Assembly (NCBI GenBank): GCA_963799485.1
Contig: CAWCXJ010000004.1
Coordinates: 160,001-224,000, forward strand
From: an uncultured Trueperaceae bacterium
GTDB taxonomy: Bacteria; Deinococcota; Deinococci; Deinococcales; Trueperaceae
Direction: 5' to 3'
DNA length: 64,000 bases
In this document: positions 1 through 10,006 of the stretch, one piece after another
How positions within the stretch are numbered: position 1 is the stretch's first letter
How the letters are laid out: every line of letters starts with the position of its first letter
Made by a program: the position numbers and the translations under genes
The notes under the pieces: generated by a model
What the model was told of the DNA's origin: nothing
Seen by the model: the letters and a program-made list of their open reading frames with translations, nothing else
The model's database searches: none

Positions 1-928
1 TCGTAAAGGTATAGAGAAGTGCGGCGAGCCCGAGACTAGTGATGCTTAAAGCCATCCAGTTGCGTTCAGAAAGCCGGTTGCCGAAACTCGCCATCATAAA
101 GCTGCCGATAACGAAACCGACCGAGGTCAGCGCCTCCTGAACCCCGAAAGCGGTTTCAGATGCGCCTAAAACCGTAATAGTAAAGGGCAGGGTCAGCGTG
201 TTGAGGACGCCCGAGGCGAAACCGATCCCGAAACCGATGCTCAGCACTGCGCGCAGCACCCGGTGGCTGAAGAGATAGTCGAGCCCTTTACGCATGTTCC
301 GCACGACCATCCTAAAGTTCGTCTCTTCGGTATTGCCCAGCTTGGCTACCGTAATTCCCATCAGGCAAACTCCGGCGAATACGAACGTCAGGGCGTCGAG
401 CAAGAATACCCAGCCGAGTTCAAACTGTGCTGCTAACAGGCCCGCAGCCGCGTAACCGACCGCCGTCGAACCAACCGTGCTGATCGACATCAGCGAGTTG
501 GCGGCGGCGAGCTCTTCGTCCGTGGCGAGTTCGGGCAAGACGCTTTCATACGCGGGCGAGTAAAACTGCCGGGCACAGCTCGAGAGCCCCACCAGCAAGT
601 AGAGCCAGACCAGCCCGTAGGGAATCAGCAAGGGGATGAGCGCGACAAACCCGGCCTGCACAAAACTGCTCACGACCAAAATGCGTTTGCGGTCGTAACG
701 GTCGGCGATCACGCCGCCGAACAGTCCAAAGATCAGGCTCGGCAACGACGTCGCCATCAGCATCAGCCCGACCGAGAGAGCCGAGCCGGTCAGCCGGTAA
801 ACGAGGATGCCGGCGGTCAGGGCGGTCAGCGCGTCGCCGATGGTCGAGACGAGCTGCCCCGTCCACATCAGGGTGAACGAACGGTTTCTAAAAACCGCAA
901 AGGGGGATATCTGCGGGGGTTGTGACAT
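1..928 (-). CDS. MFS transporter (DHA3/macrolide-efflux-like), 3' end runs off the window
   Basis: Manual translation from ATG at 928: MSQPPQISPFAVFRNRSFTLMWTGQLVSTIGDAL...GGVIADRYDRKRIL (MFS motif A), multiple TM segments; not in the ORF track because it is truncated. Confidence 0.85.
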   Translation of the reverse strand, partial: MSQPPQISPFAVFRNRSFTLMWTGQLVSTIGDALTALTAGILVYRLTGSALSVGLMLMATSLPSLIFGLFGGVIADRYDRKRILVVSSFVQAGFVALIPLLIPYGLVWLYLLVGLSSCARQFYSPAYESVLPELATDEELAAANSLMSISTVGSTAVGYAAAGLLAAQFELGWVFLLDALTFVFAGVCLMGITVAKLGNTEETNFRMVVRNMRKGLDYLFSHRVLRAVLSIGFGIGFASGVLNTLTLPFTITVLGASETAFGVQEALTSVGFVIGSFMMASFGNRLSERNWMALSITSLGLAALLYTFT

Positions 929-1438
929 GTGTGTCCTCGAGCGCCGTACTCGGGTGTTCGGCGTTCTAGCAGTCTGCCGAAAAAGCACAGCGGGCTGGGC
1001 TGAGTAGCAAGATAACACGGCCTTGAAAGAAAGTAGCGGGGAATTACACATGGCCCTGACTTTGCGCTGTTTCACCCCCCTTCCGCCGGGACGTACTCAG
1101 CAGCGCTTTTTAACTGATGGGGGTGGCGAACGCAGGTTTTTGGCAAGTGTAGCCTGGCAGATGTCGCTGCGACCCCGGTTTCGTCCCGGACACACTCGGC
1201 TTGAACGAAGGTTCGGGTCGGTTCAGCCGTAAAAGTAGTAAGCTACTACTTCTAACGGCCCTGGTTGGGTGTACTTATTGGGGAGACTCGAGTTTTTATC
1301 CGGTTAATTTGGGACTGCCGAAGCGGTGCGGCAGACCTCAGAAACCAGGTTTCGTCCGAGCTTAAGCGCAAGTGGGGTAGCCGAGGCGTTTTCCGGGTGT
1401 TTGCTCGAGCTAAACAACTGCGGGATAAGGGGGATATT

Positions 1439-2794
1439 ATGTCAACGAAAGTCGGCAGTAGGGCATTGGCGCAGCTACTTAAGTCGGGTGCGGTTCTCTT
1501 GGGGAGCAGCGCCCTTTTGCTTCTTACGGCGTCGCAACCTGTGGCGGTCAGCGGCGATCTCGCCGTTTCCGGGTTCAGTTTGCCCGACGAAATCGCCAGC
1601 GTGCGCGTCGATACCTTTCGGGAGGCGTATCCCGAAGTGAACCTCAACTTGCCGGAAGGGTCTTTCGACCCGCAGCAGTTTTTGACGGCGGTCGCCAGCC
1701 GTAACGTACCCGACGTCATCTATCTGGGCCGCGACGACCTCAGCACCTACGCGACGCGCGGGGCCATTCAGCCGCTTGAAGAATGCATCGCGTCGCAAAA
1801 TATCGATACGAGCCAGTACCGCGAGACGGCCTTAAATCAGGTTACGGTCGATGGTCAGATTTACGGTATTCCCGAGTTCTATAACATCATTGCGCTGATC
1901 TTGTCCGACCAGGCTTTCGCCGACGCGGGACTCGAGCCCGAAACCTTTAGTACAAGTGACTGGGACGAGCTGTCACAGTTTAACGAGCAGCTGACGCGCG
2001 TAGAAGACGGCGAGCTGACCCGCATCGGGTTCGACCCCAAACTCCCCGAGTTTTTTCCGCTCTGGGTGCGGGCCAACGGGGGCCAGCTTTTGTCCGACGA
2101 CGGACGAAGAGCGATGCTCGACACGCCCGAGGCGGTTGAAGCGCTGACCTATACCATCGGCCTGCACGAAGTTGCCGGGGGCCGTCAGGCGTTTTCGGCG
2201 TTCCGCGATACCTGGGACTTTTTCGGGGCCGACAACGAATTGGTCGCCGACCAGCTTGCGGCGTTCCCGATGGAGCAGTGGTACTTCAACGTTTTGGCCG
2301 AAGTGTCGCCCGACTTGAATATCACCGTAAAACCGTTTACCGACCGGCAGGGTGAACCCGTCACCTTTGCCACCGGCAACACCTGGGCGATTCCGCGCGG
2401 CGCAGAGAACCCCGAGGCGGCGTGCGCCTTTATGAAGACGATGACCGCGCCCGAAACGTGGCTGGCAGCGGCGCGGGCGCGCGCTAAAACCCGAGCCGCC
2501 GACGGTCGGCTTTTTACCGGCGTCTACACCGGCAACCGCGTCGCCGACGAACAGATTTTTAGCAATGTGTACCAGCCGAGCGGGAACGCGCCTTTCGACA
2601 ACGCCGTTAAGGTCGCCCTCGCGGTTCAAGACAAAGCCTTTGCCATTCCTGCCAATCCCGCCGGAGCCCAGTTTCGCCAAGCCTGGATGGACGCCGTAAA
2701 CCGCGCCTTAAACGGCGAGCAAGACCCGCAAGCGGCGCTCGAGCAGGCCCAAGAGGAGGCGCAAGAAGCACTCGACGACGCCTGGAGCCGCTAG
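1439..2794 (+). CDS. Sugar ABC transporter substrate-binding protein (family 1)
   Basis: ATG 1439 after an AAGGGGG RBS; N-terminal signal-like segment; PDVIY, YGIP and GNTWAIP motifs typical of SBP_bac_1; followed by two permeases. Confidence 0.9.
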   Translation: MSTKVGSRALAQLLKSGAVLLGSSALLLLTASQPVAVSGDLAVSGFSLPDEIASVRVDTFREAYPEVNLNLPEGSFDPQQFLTAVASRNVPDVIYLGRDDLSTYATRGAIQPLEECIASQNIDTSQYRETALNQVTVDGQIYGIPEFYNIIALILSDQAFADAGLEPETFSTSDWDELSQFNEQLTRVEDGELTRIGFDPKLPEFFPLWVRANGGQLLSDDGRRAMLDTPEAVEALTYTIGLHEVAGGRQAFSAFRDTWDFFGADNELVADQLAAFPMEQWYFNVLAEVSPDLNITVKPFTDRQGEPVTFATGNTWAIPRGAENPEAACAFMKTMTAPETWLAAARARAKTRAADGRLFTGVYTGNRVADEQIFSNVYQPSGNAPFDNAVKVALAVQDKAFAIPANPAGAQFRQAWMDAVNRALNGEQDPQAALEQAQEEAQEALDDAWSR

Positions 2795-2795
2795 G

Positions 2796-3698
2796 ATGCA
2801 GCGCGGAGGCTTGCAGCGGGCCGAAGCCCGAGCTGCCCTCGGGTTTATCTCGCCCTGGCTTATCGGTTTCGCTGTCTTTACCGCGCTGCCGATGATTGCC
2901 AGCCTGGTCTTGTCGTTTACCGAGTACGACGTGCTGCAACCGCCGCGTTTTATCGGCCTCGAGAACTATCAAGAACTCGTTCAAGACCCCCGGCTCAGGC
3001 AGAGTATTCTCAATACCTTCTTTTACGCCGCGCTGCATGTGCCGCTCTCGACGATGGTTGCGCTCGCACTCGCGCTGCTCCTCAACCGCGTGGTGCGCGC
3101 TGCCGGGTTTTTCCGGACGGTGTTTTACCTGCCGTCGGTCACACCTGCGGTCGCAGTCGGCGCGCTCTGGCTCTGGCTCCTCAATCCGCGTATCGGGCTG
3201 ATCAACCGGGGGCTCGAGTTTTTCGGCATCCCCGGCCCCGGTTGGACCACCGACCCCATGTGGATAAAACCCGGCATCGTGTTGATGAGTTTATGGTCGG
3301 TCGGCAGCACCGTGATCATCTTTTACGCGGCCCTCCGCAACGTTCCGCACGACCTTTACGAAGCTGCCCGTATCGAAGGAGCCCGTGCCTGGCACGAGTT
3401 TCGTTTCGTCACCTTACCGCTGATCAGCGGCGCAGTTTTTTTTACGCTGATCGTCAACACTATCGCCTCGTTACAGATTTTTGCCGAAGTCTATACCATG
3501 TTTTTCGGACAGATGGATTCGGGCGCGGCGCAAAACGCCGCACTTTTTTACGTGATCTACCTTTTCAGGCAAGCGTTCGAGTTCTTAAATATCGGTTACG
3601 CTTCGGCGATGGCGTGGCTTTTATTCGTCATCACCCTGAGCTTGACCCTGATTCAGCTGCGCGTCAGTCGGCGCTGGGTCTACTATGAAGGGCGCTGA
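2796..3698 (+). CDS. Sugar ABC transporter permease (MalF-type)
   Basis: EAA motif LYEAARIEGA, GYASAMAW, hydrophobic TM segments. Confidence 0.92.
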   Translation: MQRGGLQRAEARAALGFISPWLIGFAVFTALPMIASLVLSFTEYDVLQPPRFIGLENYQELVQDPRLRQSILNTFFYAALHVPLSTMVALALALLLNRVVRAAGFFRTVFYLPSVTPAVAVGALWLWLLNPRIGLINRGLEFFGIPGPGWTTDPMWIKPGIVLMSLWSVGSTVIIFYAALRNVPHDLYEAARIEGARAWHEFRFVTLPLISGAVFFTLIVNTIASLQIFAEVYTMFFGQMDSGAAQNAALFYVIYLFRQAFEFLNIGYASAMAWLLFVITLSLTLIQLRVSRRWVYYEGR

Positions 3699-3701
3699 AG
3701 T

Positions 3702-4592
3702 ATGGACAATGCCAGTCGGCAAAAGGTATTGGTTCCCGCCCGGGAGGTAGGCCGGTCTCGCCCAAAGTTCACCGCCGGACGCATAGTCTTTTTTGTCCTG
3801 CTGCTTGGTTGTACGGTGCTTTTTCTTGCGCCGCTGTTCTGGCTGGTCAGCGCCTCGCTTAAAACGCGGGCCGAGGTCTTTAGCTCGGCGTGGCTACCTA
3901 ACCCTGTTGCGTGGGGAAACTACGTGCGTATCTGGGAGGCTGCGCCTATCCTGACGTGGCTGAAAAACAGTTTGCTGGTCGGAGTTTTAGCGGCGCTGTC
4001 GGTGACTTTAAGCAGCGCCGCGGTAGCTTTCGGCTTCGCCAATTTCCGTTTTCGTGGTCGTGACGCGCTCTTTGGCTTGGTGCTGGCCACGATGATGCTG
4101 CCGGGCGCGGTCACGATGATTCCGACGTTCTTAATCTGGGACAGGTTAAACGCAGTCAATACCCTGACGCCGCTCTGGGCCGGGAACCTGTTCGGGTCGG
4201 CGTTTTATATCTTTTTGCTGCGCCAGTTTTACCTGAGCTTGCCGCGCGAGCTTTTTGAAGCGGCCCGGATCGACGGCGCGAGTTTTTTTCAGGCGTGGTG
4301 GCGGGTGGCGCTGCCCTTGACGCGTTCGGCCCTGATCGTCGTCTTTATCTTTGAATTTAAGGCGAGCTGGACTGACCTCATCAAACCGCTCATCTATCTT
4401 TACGACAATGCGCTTTTTACGATGCCCAGGGGCGTTAAGGCGATTGTCGACCGTTTCGGTCAGGGCGGCGAGATGCAGTGGGAACTGGTGATGGCGGCGA
4501 CGGTTATCCTGACGGTGCCGATGGTGCTTATTTTCTTGTTGGGTCAGCGGTACTTCGTTCGGGGGATTGCTACGACCGGAAACAAAGGCTGA
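3702..4592 (+). CDS. Carbohydrate ABC transporter permease (MalG-type)
   Basis: EAA motif LFEAARIDGA; C-terminal QRYFVRGIATTG. Confidence 0.92.
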   Translation: MDNASRQKVLVPAREVGRSRPKFTAGRIVFFVLLLGCTVLFLAPLFWLVSASLKTRAEVFSSAWLPNPVAWGNYVRIWEAAPILTWLKNSLLVGVLAALSVTLSSAAVAFGFANFRFRGRDALFGLVLATMMLPGAVTMIPTFLIWDRLNAVNTLTPLWAGNLFGSAFYIFLLRQFYLSLPRELFEAARIDGASFFQAWWRVALPLTRSALIVVFIFEFKASWTDLIKPLIYLYDNALFTMPRGVKAIVDRFGQGGEMQWELVMAATVILTVPMVLIFLLGQRYFVRGIATTGNKG

Positions 4593-4600
4593 CCTGCACA

Positions 4601-4640
4601 TGTTTTAACCTGTTTTAACCTGTTTTAATCTGTTTTAACC
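4601..4640. repeat. 10-bp tandem repeat (TGTTTTAACC x4, one mismatch)
   Basis: tgttttaacc tgttttaacc tgttttaatc tgttttaacc, between convergent genes and overlapping the Rieske stop codon. Confidence 0.95.
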
Positions 4641-5231
4641 TGTGCGTTTAGGCAGCTCGCGCCCCACCGCCACCAGCGCCTCACCCTGCACCGCGAGCTG
4701 TACCCGGGGCAGAGGTTCACGCGCGGGGCCGCTCACGGCTTTACCGGCCTCGAGCGGCGCGAACACGCTGAGGTGACACGGGCACGCCAAGACCGGATGT
4801 TCGGCGCGGTAGTTGAAGGCGACCTCGAGGGTTCCCAGGTCACGCCGTAACGAGACCGGGCAACCCAGGTGCGTACACACGCGGCTAAAAGCCAAATAGT
4901 GCCGTTCGCCTACGCTAAGGCCGCCGGGAACCGCGACCGGCACGCGGAACGCGAGCGCAGGCGTTTCACCGGCTGGTGTTGTCAAGGTAAACGGCGCAGC
5001 GCTCCAGAGGTCGTCAAGTTCCCCCAAAGAAGCAATCCGTTGGGGTGATACCGGCACAAAATCAGGCGTCCGGGGCGTCACCTTACTGAAGTGAACGTAA
5101 TACGCCTCCCACGCCCCCCAACCCACTGCGCCCAGCGTCGCCAGAACCGGCAGCCGCCAGAGCCAGGTGATAAGGGTGCGGCGTTCGACCAGCGGGGCGG
5201 CGGGTTTTACCGACTGTTCCAGGTCGTTCAT
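4635..5231 (-). CDS. Rieske 2Fe-2S protein with N-terminal Tat-like/TM anchor
   Basis: CTHLGC...CPCHLS Rieske boxes; ERRTLI followed by a hydrophobic helix; start taken at ATG 5231 (MNDLEQ). Confidence 0.9.
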   Translation of the reverse strand: MNDLEQSVKPAAPLVERRTLITWLWRLPVLATLGAVGWGAWEAYYVHFSKVTPRTPDFVPVSPQRIASLGELDDLWSAAPFTLTTPAGETPALAFRVPVAVPGGLSVGERHYLAFSRVCTHLGCPVSLRRDLGTLEVAFNYRAEHPVLACPCHLSVFAPLEAGKAVSGPAREPLPRVQLAVQGEALVAVGRELPKRTG

Positions 5232-5238
5232 AAAGTAC

Positions 5239-6549
5239 CTATGGCGTGCTGAGCGGGAGCGGGGTTCTGGTGATCGCTTCGGACGTTTCTGAAGGCGTAT
5301 CTGAAGCTGAAGGCGGCGGCGCACCGGTGCGGAGGCGCTGCTCGGCGTTGGCAATCAGGCTCGGGACGCGTCCGGCCTTGGCTTTGCCCCCGGCGATCTC
5401 GACGTAACTTTGCCACACCTCAATCGCCTTGCGGTACTGCCCCAGAGCAAAGTGCGCGTTGCCTAAAAAGAGGAGCGTTTGCAGGTCGGTGGGCTCGAGC
5501 GTGCGTGCTCTAACTAGAACGGCAATGGCATCCTTGTTACGACCGCCAAAAAAGAGCTGTTGCCCGACACGCGAAAGTGCCGTAGCGTTTTGCGGATTGG
5601 CTTCGGTCAGGAGCCTGAAATAGTAGTCCACCGCGCGCGAACGTTCCTGACGCGTCCAGTAACTGTTGGCAAGCGCCAGCAGGTTCTTTTCGTTCGGGGT
5701 TTTATTGACTGCAATTACGAGCGGCGCAAAGGTTTGAGCCAGCTCGAGCCGCCCCTCGACCTCTTTGTCACCCGCACCCCCCGGCGCGTTCAGGTAGCTC
5801 TGCCACGCTTCGGCAGCGGCGGTCATGTCCTGATTGGCGTAGTAGATTTCGCCTAAAAAGTAGAGGGTCTCGAGGTTGTTCGGGGCGGCGTTTCGGGCCA
5901 GCTCGAGGTACTTGAGCGCACTGGCGACGTTGACCTGAAGCTGCAACATCCCCAGCCGCTCGTAAGCTACTGCCGGAACGGGCTTCACGGTATTTAGTAC
6001 CTGCAAGTAGACTTCTTGCGCCTTATCGCCGTTTTGCGCCTGCCAGTAGCCGTCGGCGAGCGCCAGCAGGTTTTCCTCGGAAGGGTCACGCGCGGCGGCG
6101 CGCTCGAGCCCCGTCAGCTGCCGTCCGGTAATCGAGGCCGTGCTCCCGTCTGCGGCGACAATTTCAGGGGACGCGTTCTGGGCCATGAAAACCGCGCCAC
6201 CTAGTCCGGCCCCAAGCATTGTCACCGAAGCCAGCGACAAGGCCCACGGGCTAGCACGCCTTGTGCGCGTGTCAACCGAAGACACCGGGCGTTCGTCGAG
6301 GGCGCGTAAGACTTTGGCGGTTTTCGCTTCGTAACGGGTACGCAGGGCGTCGCGCCTCGCTTCGGGGAGGTCGGTGCGCGCGTCGAGTTCACGAATGGCT
6401 CTGAGCAGCGCGTCACGTTCTTCCTCGAGGTCTTGCGTTACCGGGTCACGCAGGTCGGGCAATGTATCGGTTTGACCGGGGACGAGCAGCGGAACCGCCA
6501 GATAGATAAAGAGTAAAACTGCCAGCACGATGATAAAAACAGTCGTCAT
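5239..6549 (-). CDS. ccmI: CcmI/CycH-like TPR membrane protein of cytochrome c biogenesis
   Basis: N-terminal TM, ERDALLRAIRELD-type coiled segment, second TM, multiple TPRs; position in the ccm operon. Confidence 0.7.
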   Translation of the reverse strand: MTTVFIIVLAVLLFIYLAVPLLVPGQTDTLPDLRDPVTQDLEEERDALLRAIRELDARTDLPEARRDALRTRYEAKTAKVLRALDERPVSSVDTRTRRASPWALSLASVTMLGAGLGGAVFMAQNASPEIVAADGSTASITGRQLTGLERAAARDPSEENLLALADGYWQAQNGDKAQEVYLQVLNTVKPVPAVAYERLGMLQLQVNVASALKYLELARNAAPNNLETLYFLGEIYYANQDMTAAAEAWQSYLNAPGGAGDKEVEGRLELAQTFAPLVIAVNKTPNEKNLLALANSYWTRQERSRAVDYYFRLLTEANPQNATALSRVGQQLFFGGRNKDAIAVLVRARTLEPTDLQTLLFLGNAHFALGQYRKAIEVWQSYVEIAGGKAKAGRVPSLIANAEQRLRTGAPPPSASDTPSETSEAITRTPLPLSTP

Positions 6550-6998
6550 AATCCTCCCAACTCGCGTCGGACACGTTCTTTTTCCTCGGCGCTGAGCGTT
6601 ACCGGAACCGCCGCATTTTTACGCCAGCGCATCAGAAAGTACCCGAGCGTACCGAAACCGAGGGCACCGGCGACCAGCGGCAACCCCCAGACCCAGAGGT
6701 AAATTCCCCGCCGGGGCGGGTTCAGCAAAATCCAGTCGCCGTACTTCTGCTGGAAAAAAGCCAGGATCTGCGCCCTGTCTTGGCCTGCTTGCAACTGTTC
6801 CCGGATGATGTTGCGAAACTCGATGCTCGCACGTGAACTCGACTGGGCGGCATTTTCGGAGCGGCAGACCGGGCAGCGCAGTTCGGCGGCGACCTTGAAG
6901 ACTTCGCGCTCGAGCTGCACCTGCGCGTAGGCCGAACCTGTAACTGCGCCCAGTACAGTGGCTAGCACCGCGACTAAAACCAAAACGACACGTTTCAT
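6546..6998 (-). CDS. ccmH: Cytochrome c biogenesis protein CcmH
   Basis: LRCPVC motif and QKYGDWILLNPP; start at ATG 6998 (MKRVVL) overlaps the upstream stop. Confidence 0.92.
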   Translation of the reverse strand: MKRVVLVLVAVLATVLGAVTGSAYAQVQLEREVFKVAAELRCPVCRSENAAQSSSRASIEFRNIIREQLQAGQDRAQILAFFQQKYGDWILLNPPRRGIYLWVWGLPLVAGALGFGTLGYFLMRWRKNAAVPVTLSAEEKERVRRELGGL

Positions 6999-7552
6999 GA
7001 ATTCCTCAGCAGCGCCTGAATCTGCTCGTCCATGATCTTTTGGGGGATTGCGCCCGAATGCCGGTAGCTGAGCGTCCCATCGGCGCGGATAAAAAACGTT
7101 TCGGGCAGGCCGAAAAGCCCGTAATCGATGTTGATGCGGTTTTTTTGGTCGATACCGCTCGGGTAGCTGAGGCCGAACTCGTCCATAAGCGCTTCTGCGT
7201 CTCGCTTGCTCGTTTCCTGCGTATTGATGCCGACGAATAAAACGTCTTGTTGATACTCGAGCCACGTCGCTTGCAAGATGGGCATCTCTTCGCGGCACGG
7301 CAGACACCACGACGCCCAGAAGTTCACAACCATCGGTCTACCCGCATACGCCGCTTTATCGAAGGTCACACCGTATTCGGCCTGGTAGCGCTCAAACAGC
7401 GGCATCGAAAAGTTCGGAGTCGCTTTGTCTAGCAGCGCCGAGGGGATGTCGCTCCGCTGCGTCGGGTCGCGCGAAATGCCGAAGACGAATAACCCCGTGA
7501 GTGCGCCGGCAACGACGAAGACACCCAAAAGTCGTCTAAAGCTCTTGTTCAT
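6995..7552 (-). CDS. ccmG: Thiol:disulfide oxidoreductase CcmG/TlpA family
   Basis: VVNFWASWCLPC and GLPETFFI motifs; N-terminal TM. Confidence 0.88.
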   Translation of the reverse strand: MNKSFRRLLGVFVVAGALTGLFVFGISRDPTQRSDIPSALLDKATPNFSMPLFERYQAEYGVTFDKAAYAGRPMVVNFWASWCLPCREEMPILQATWLEYQQDVLFVGINTQETSKRDAEALMDEFGLSYPSGIDQKNRINIDYGLFGLPETFFIRADGTLSYRHSGAIPQKIMDEQIQALLRNS

Positions 7553-9558
7553 ACGGTCGCAACGTCCTCGCGCGCTTCTGCTCGAGTCTTGACCTTACGC
7601 GCCGGCAACAGCGAGACCACCGTCCCGGCAATCAGGACAAATGCGCCTATCCAAATCCACGATACGAGCGGGCTCTTGACAGCGCGCAGTACGATAAAGT
7701 TTTGATCCGGGCTGACGGTTCCGGCGATATTCAGGTAGACGTCGCTCCAGAGACCGTAATATACGTCGGGCGTCGGTGTCAGCTGTGGCCCTCTCGTGCT
7801 GCTCGTATAGGAATTGACGCTCGGCCTCAGCGTCGTGACCTGACGCCCTTCACGCCACACCTCGACCACCGCGCCCGCTTGAATCCGGCCCGGATACTGC
7901 TGCATAAAGCGGTCGATGGCGCGAAGTTCATAGCCTTGAAACTCGGCGCTTTTGCCGAGGTCGATACGAAGCTGTTCGTCGACGCGGTAGCCGCCCGCAC
8001 CGGCGATACCCAGGGCAATAACGATGATGGCGAAGTGCACGATGAGCGACCCCATCCGCCGCCGGCTTTCAGAGGCGTACTGCGCAAAAACCGGGAAAAA
8101 CCCGCGTCCACTGAGCCGCATCCGGGGGACAATCGACCCACTCAGCAACAGTCCGATACTGACTAAGTTGTAAGCTGCGAGCGCGACAGTCAGCAGCGGG
8201 TAAAACTTTTGCAGCCCGAGTGCGTAGGCTACACCGCCGGTAAGAACCGCTGCGCTGACAAGCCACACAAGGTTGCGTAGCAACGGCTGATGCTCGGCTT
8301 TGCGCCACGGCAAGAGCGGCCCGATACCCATCAGCGCAAAGATAAGCATCCAGATCGGAAACGAGAGCTTGTTGAAAAAAGGTGCCCCGACCGTAACTTT
8401 TTGTCCCGTAAACGCCTCAACGATAAGCGGAAAAAGTGTGCCCAAGAGGACGGCAAAGGTCATCGCCAGAAAGAGAACGTTACCGAGGAGAAAGCTGCCT
8501 TCGCGGCTCACAACCGAATCGAGATCGGCGCGGTCACGCACCTGATCCCAGCGGAGCGCCAAAAGCCCGAATGAAACGGTCATAACCAGGATGAAAAAGC
8601 CCAGGAAATAAGGCCCGACCGGGCCGTCGCCAAACGCATGTATCGACGAGATAATCCCCGAACGGATGGCAAAGGTACCGAAAATCGTCAGGGCGAAAGT
8701 GAGAATGATCAGCGTCAGGTTCCACGCTTTGAGCATCCGGCGGCGTTCTTGTACCTGAACGCTGTGGATAAAGGCGGTTGCTGTAAGCCACGGGAGCAGT
8801 GAGACGTTCTCGACCGGATCCCACGCCCAGAAGCCGCCCCAACCTAAGACCTCGTAGCTCCACCAGCCCCCGGCAATTTTGGCAATACCCAAAAAGCCCC
8901 AGCCGAGCAGCGTCCAAGTACGCGCCTGCGTCATCCACTCGCTGCCGGGGCGCTGGGTGATAAGCGCCGCCATCGCATAGGCGAACGGCACGGTCAGGCC
9001 GACGAAACCCAAGTACAACAAAATGGGGTGCACCGCCATCATCCAGTGGTTTTGTAACAGCGGATTGGGGCCGGGGCCGTCTAGGGGTGGGTTGATAAGC
9101 CGCACGAAGGGACTTGCGACAATTCCGTTGACGCTGATAAAAAACACGCTGACGGCGCTCATGGTAACCAGAGCCCAGGGGCGCAGTGGCGTGTTGGGCG
9201 CGACGAATGCCAGCAGCGCGGTATAGGCCGACAAGAGCCACGCCCAGAGCAGGATAGAACCCTCCAGGCCAGCCCACATAGTCGCCACCTTGACCCACGT
9301 CGGCGAGGTCGAAATCGAGCCTTCAGCCACGTACTTAACGCTAAAATCGTCGGTTAGAAGAGCGGTTTGCATAACTGCAACGGCCGCCGTCATCGCCAGA
9401 AATACGCCGACCGAAGCGTAGCGTGCTGAGGTCTGCAAGCGTGCGTCGCGCTGCGTCGCGCCGAGAATGCCGACGATAAAAGCGTAAACGGCGAGTGCGA
9501 GTGCTAGCAGCGTGTTGGCTATTCCGACAGTAGACAAGTTGAGTTCAAACATCGTCAT
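7549..9558 (-). CDS. ccmF: Heme lyase CcmF
   Basis: WAGLEGS, NPLLQ, HPILLY and WGGFWAWDPVEN (WWD domain) motifs. Confidence 0.96.
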   Translation of the reverse strand: MTMFELNLSTVGIANTLLALALAVYAFIVGILGATQRDARLQTSARYASVGVFLAMTAAVAVMQTALLTDDFSVKYVAEGSISTSPTWVKVATMWAGLEGSILLWAWLLSAYTALLAFVAPNTPLRPWALVTMSAVSVFFISVNGIVASPFVRLINPPLDGPGPNPLLQNHWMMAVHPILLYLGFVGLTVPFAYAMAALITQRPGSEWMTQARTWTLLGWGFLGIAKIAGGWWSYEVLGWGGFWAWDPVENVSLLPWLTATAFIHSVQVQERRRMLKAWNLTLIILTFALTIFGTFAIRSGIISSIHAFGDGPVGPYFLGFFILVMTVSFGLLALRWDQVRDRADLDSVVSREGSFLLGNVLFLAMTFAVLLGTLFPLIVEAFTGQKVTVGAPFFNKLSFPIWMLIFALMGIGPLLPWRKAEHQPLLRNLVWLVSAAVLTGGVAYALGLQKFYPLLTVALAAYNLVSIGLLLSGSIVPRMRLSGRGFFPVFAQYASESRRRMGSLIVHFAIIVIALGIAGAGGYRVDEQLRIDLGKSAEFQGYELRAIDRFMQQYPGRIQAGAVVEVWREGRQVTTLRPSVNSYTSSTRGPQLTPTPDVYYGLWSDVYLNIAGTVSPDQNFIVLRAVKSPLVSWIWIGAFVLIAGTVVSLLPARKVKTRAEAREDVATV

Positions 9559-9583
9559 TCCCCATTATCCAAGTCCCCTCTTC

Positions 9584-10006
9584 CTACTCGAGCGCTTTTT
9601 TGAGCTCTTGTACGCTGACCTTTTCACCCGCAGCAGGTTTGTATTCGGCAGTGTGCTTGATTAAGACCTCGTTGCTGACAAAAGTACCGTTATCAAAACT
9701 GCCGACGACCACGACACCGGTATCGGCCTTGAAGAGTTCGGGTGGCGCGCCGCTGTAACGTACCGGGTAGGCTTGAATGCCGTCGGTGACGTTAAAAGCT
9801 AGATTGAGCGCTTTGTCGTCGTACTTGATGCTCTGCGCCTCGACCAGACCACCCAAACGGATACGACCATCGTATTTTGCCGGAGCCGCCGCGTATTCGC
9901 TCGGCACGATAAAGTACACCAGACTGTTGGCCAAAGCCTGATAGATAAAAAACCCGGCAACGCCCAAAAGGGCGACCCCTGCGAGGCTATAGATTAAACG
10001 TTTGAT
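9584..10006 (-). CDS. ccmE: Heme chaperone CcmE (probable non-canonical ATC start)
   Basis: LVYFIVPSE, RIRLGGLV, PPELFK, and heme-binding KHTAEY motif; GGAGGAG RBS just upstream of ATC at 10006. Confidence 0.9.
   Translation of the reverse strand: MKRLIYSLAGVALLGVAGFFIYQALANSLVYFIVPSEYAAAPAKYDGRIRLGGLVEAQSIKYDDKALNLAFNVTDGIQAYPVRYSGAPPELFKADTGVVVVGSFDNGTFVSNEVLIKHTAEYKPAAGEKVSVQELKKALE

Noticed and set aside
1439..4592. Sugar ABC operon lacking an ATPase as an anomaly
   Set aside because: Carbohydrate ABC systems commonly share an MsmX/MalK-type ATPase encoded elsewhere
4601..4640. Tandem repeats as a CRISPR array
   Set aside because: Units are 10 bp with no spacers, and there are no cas genes in the window
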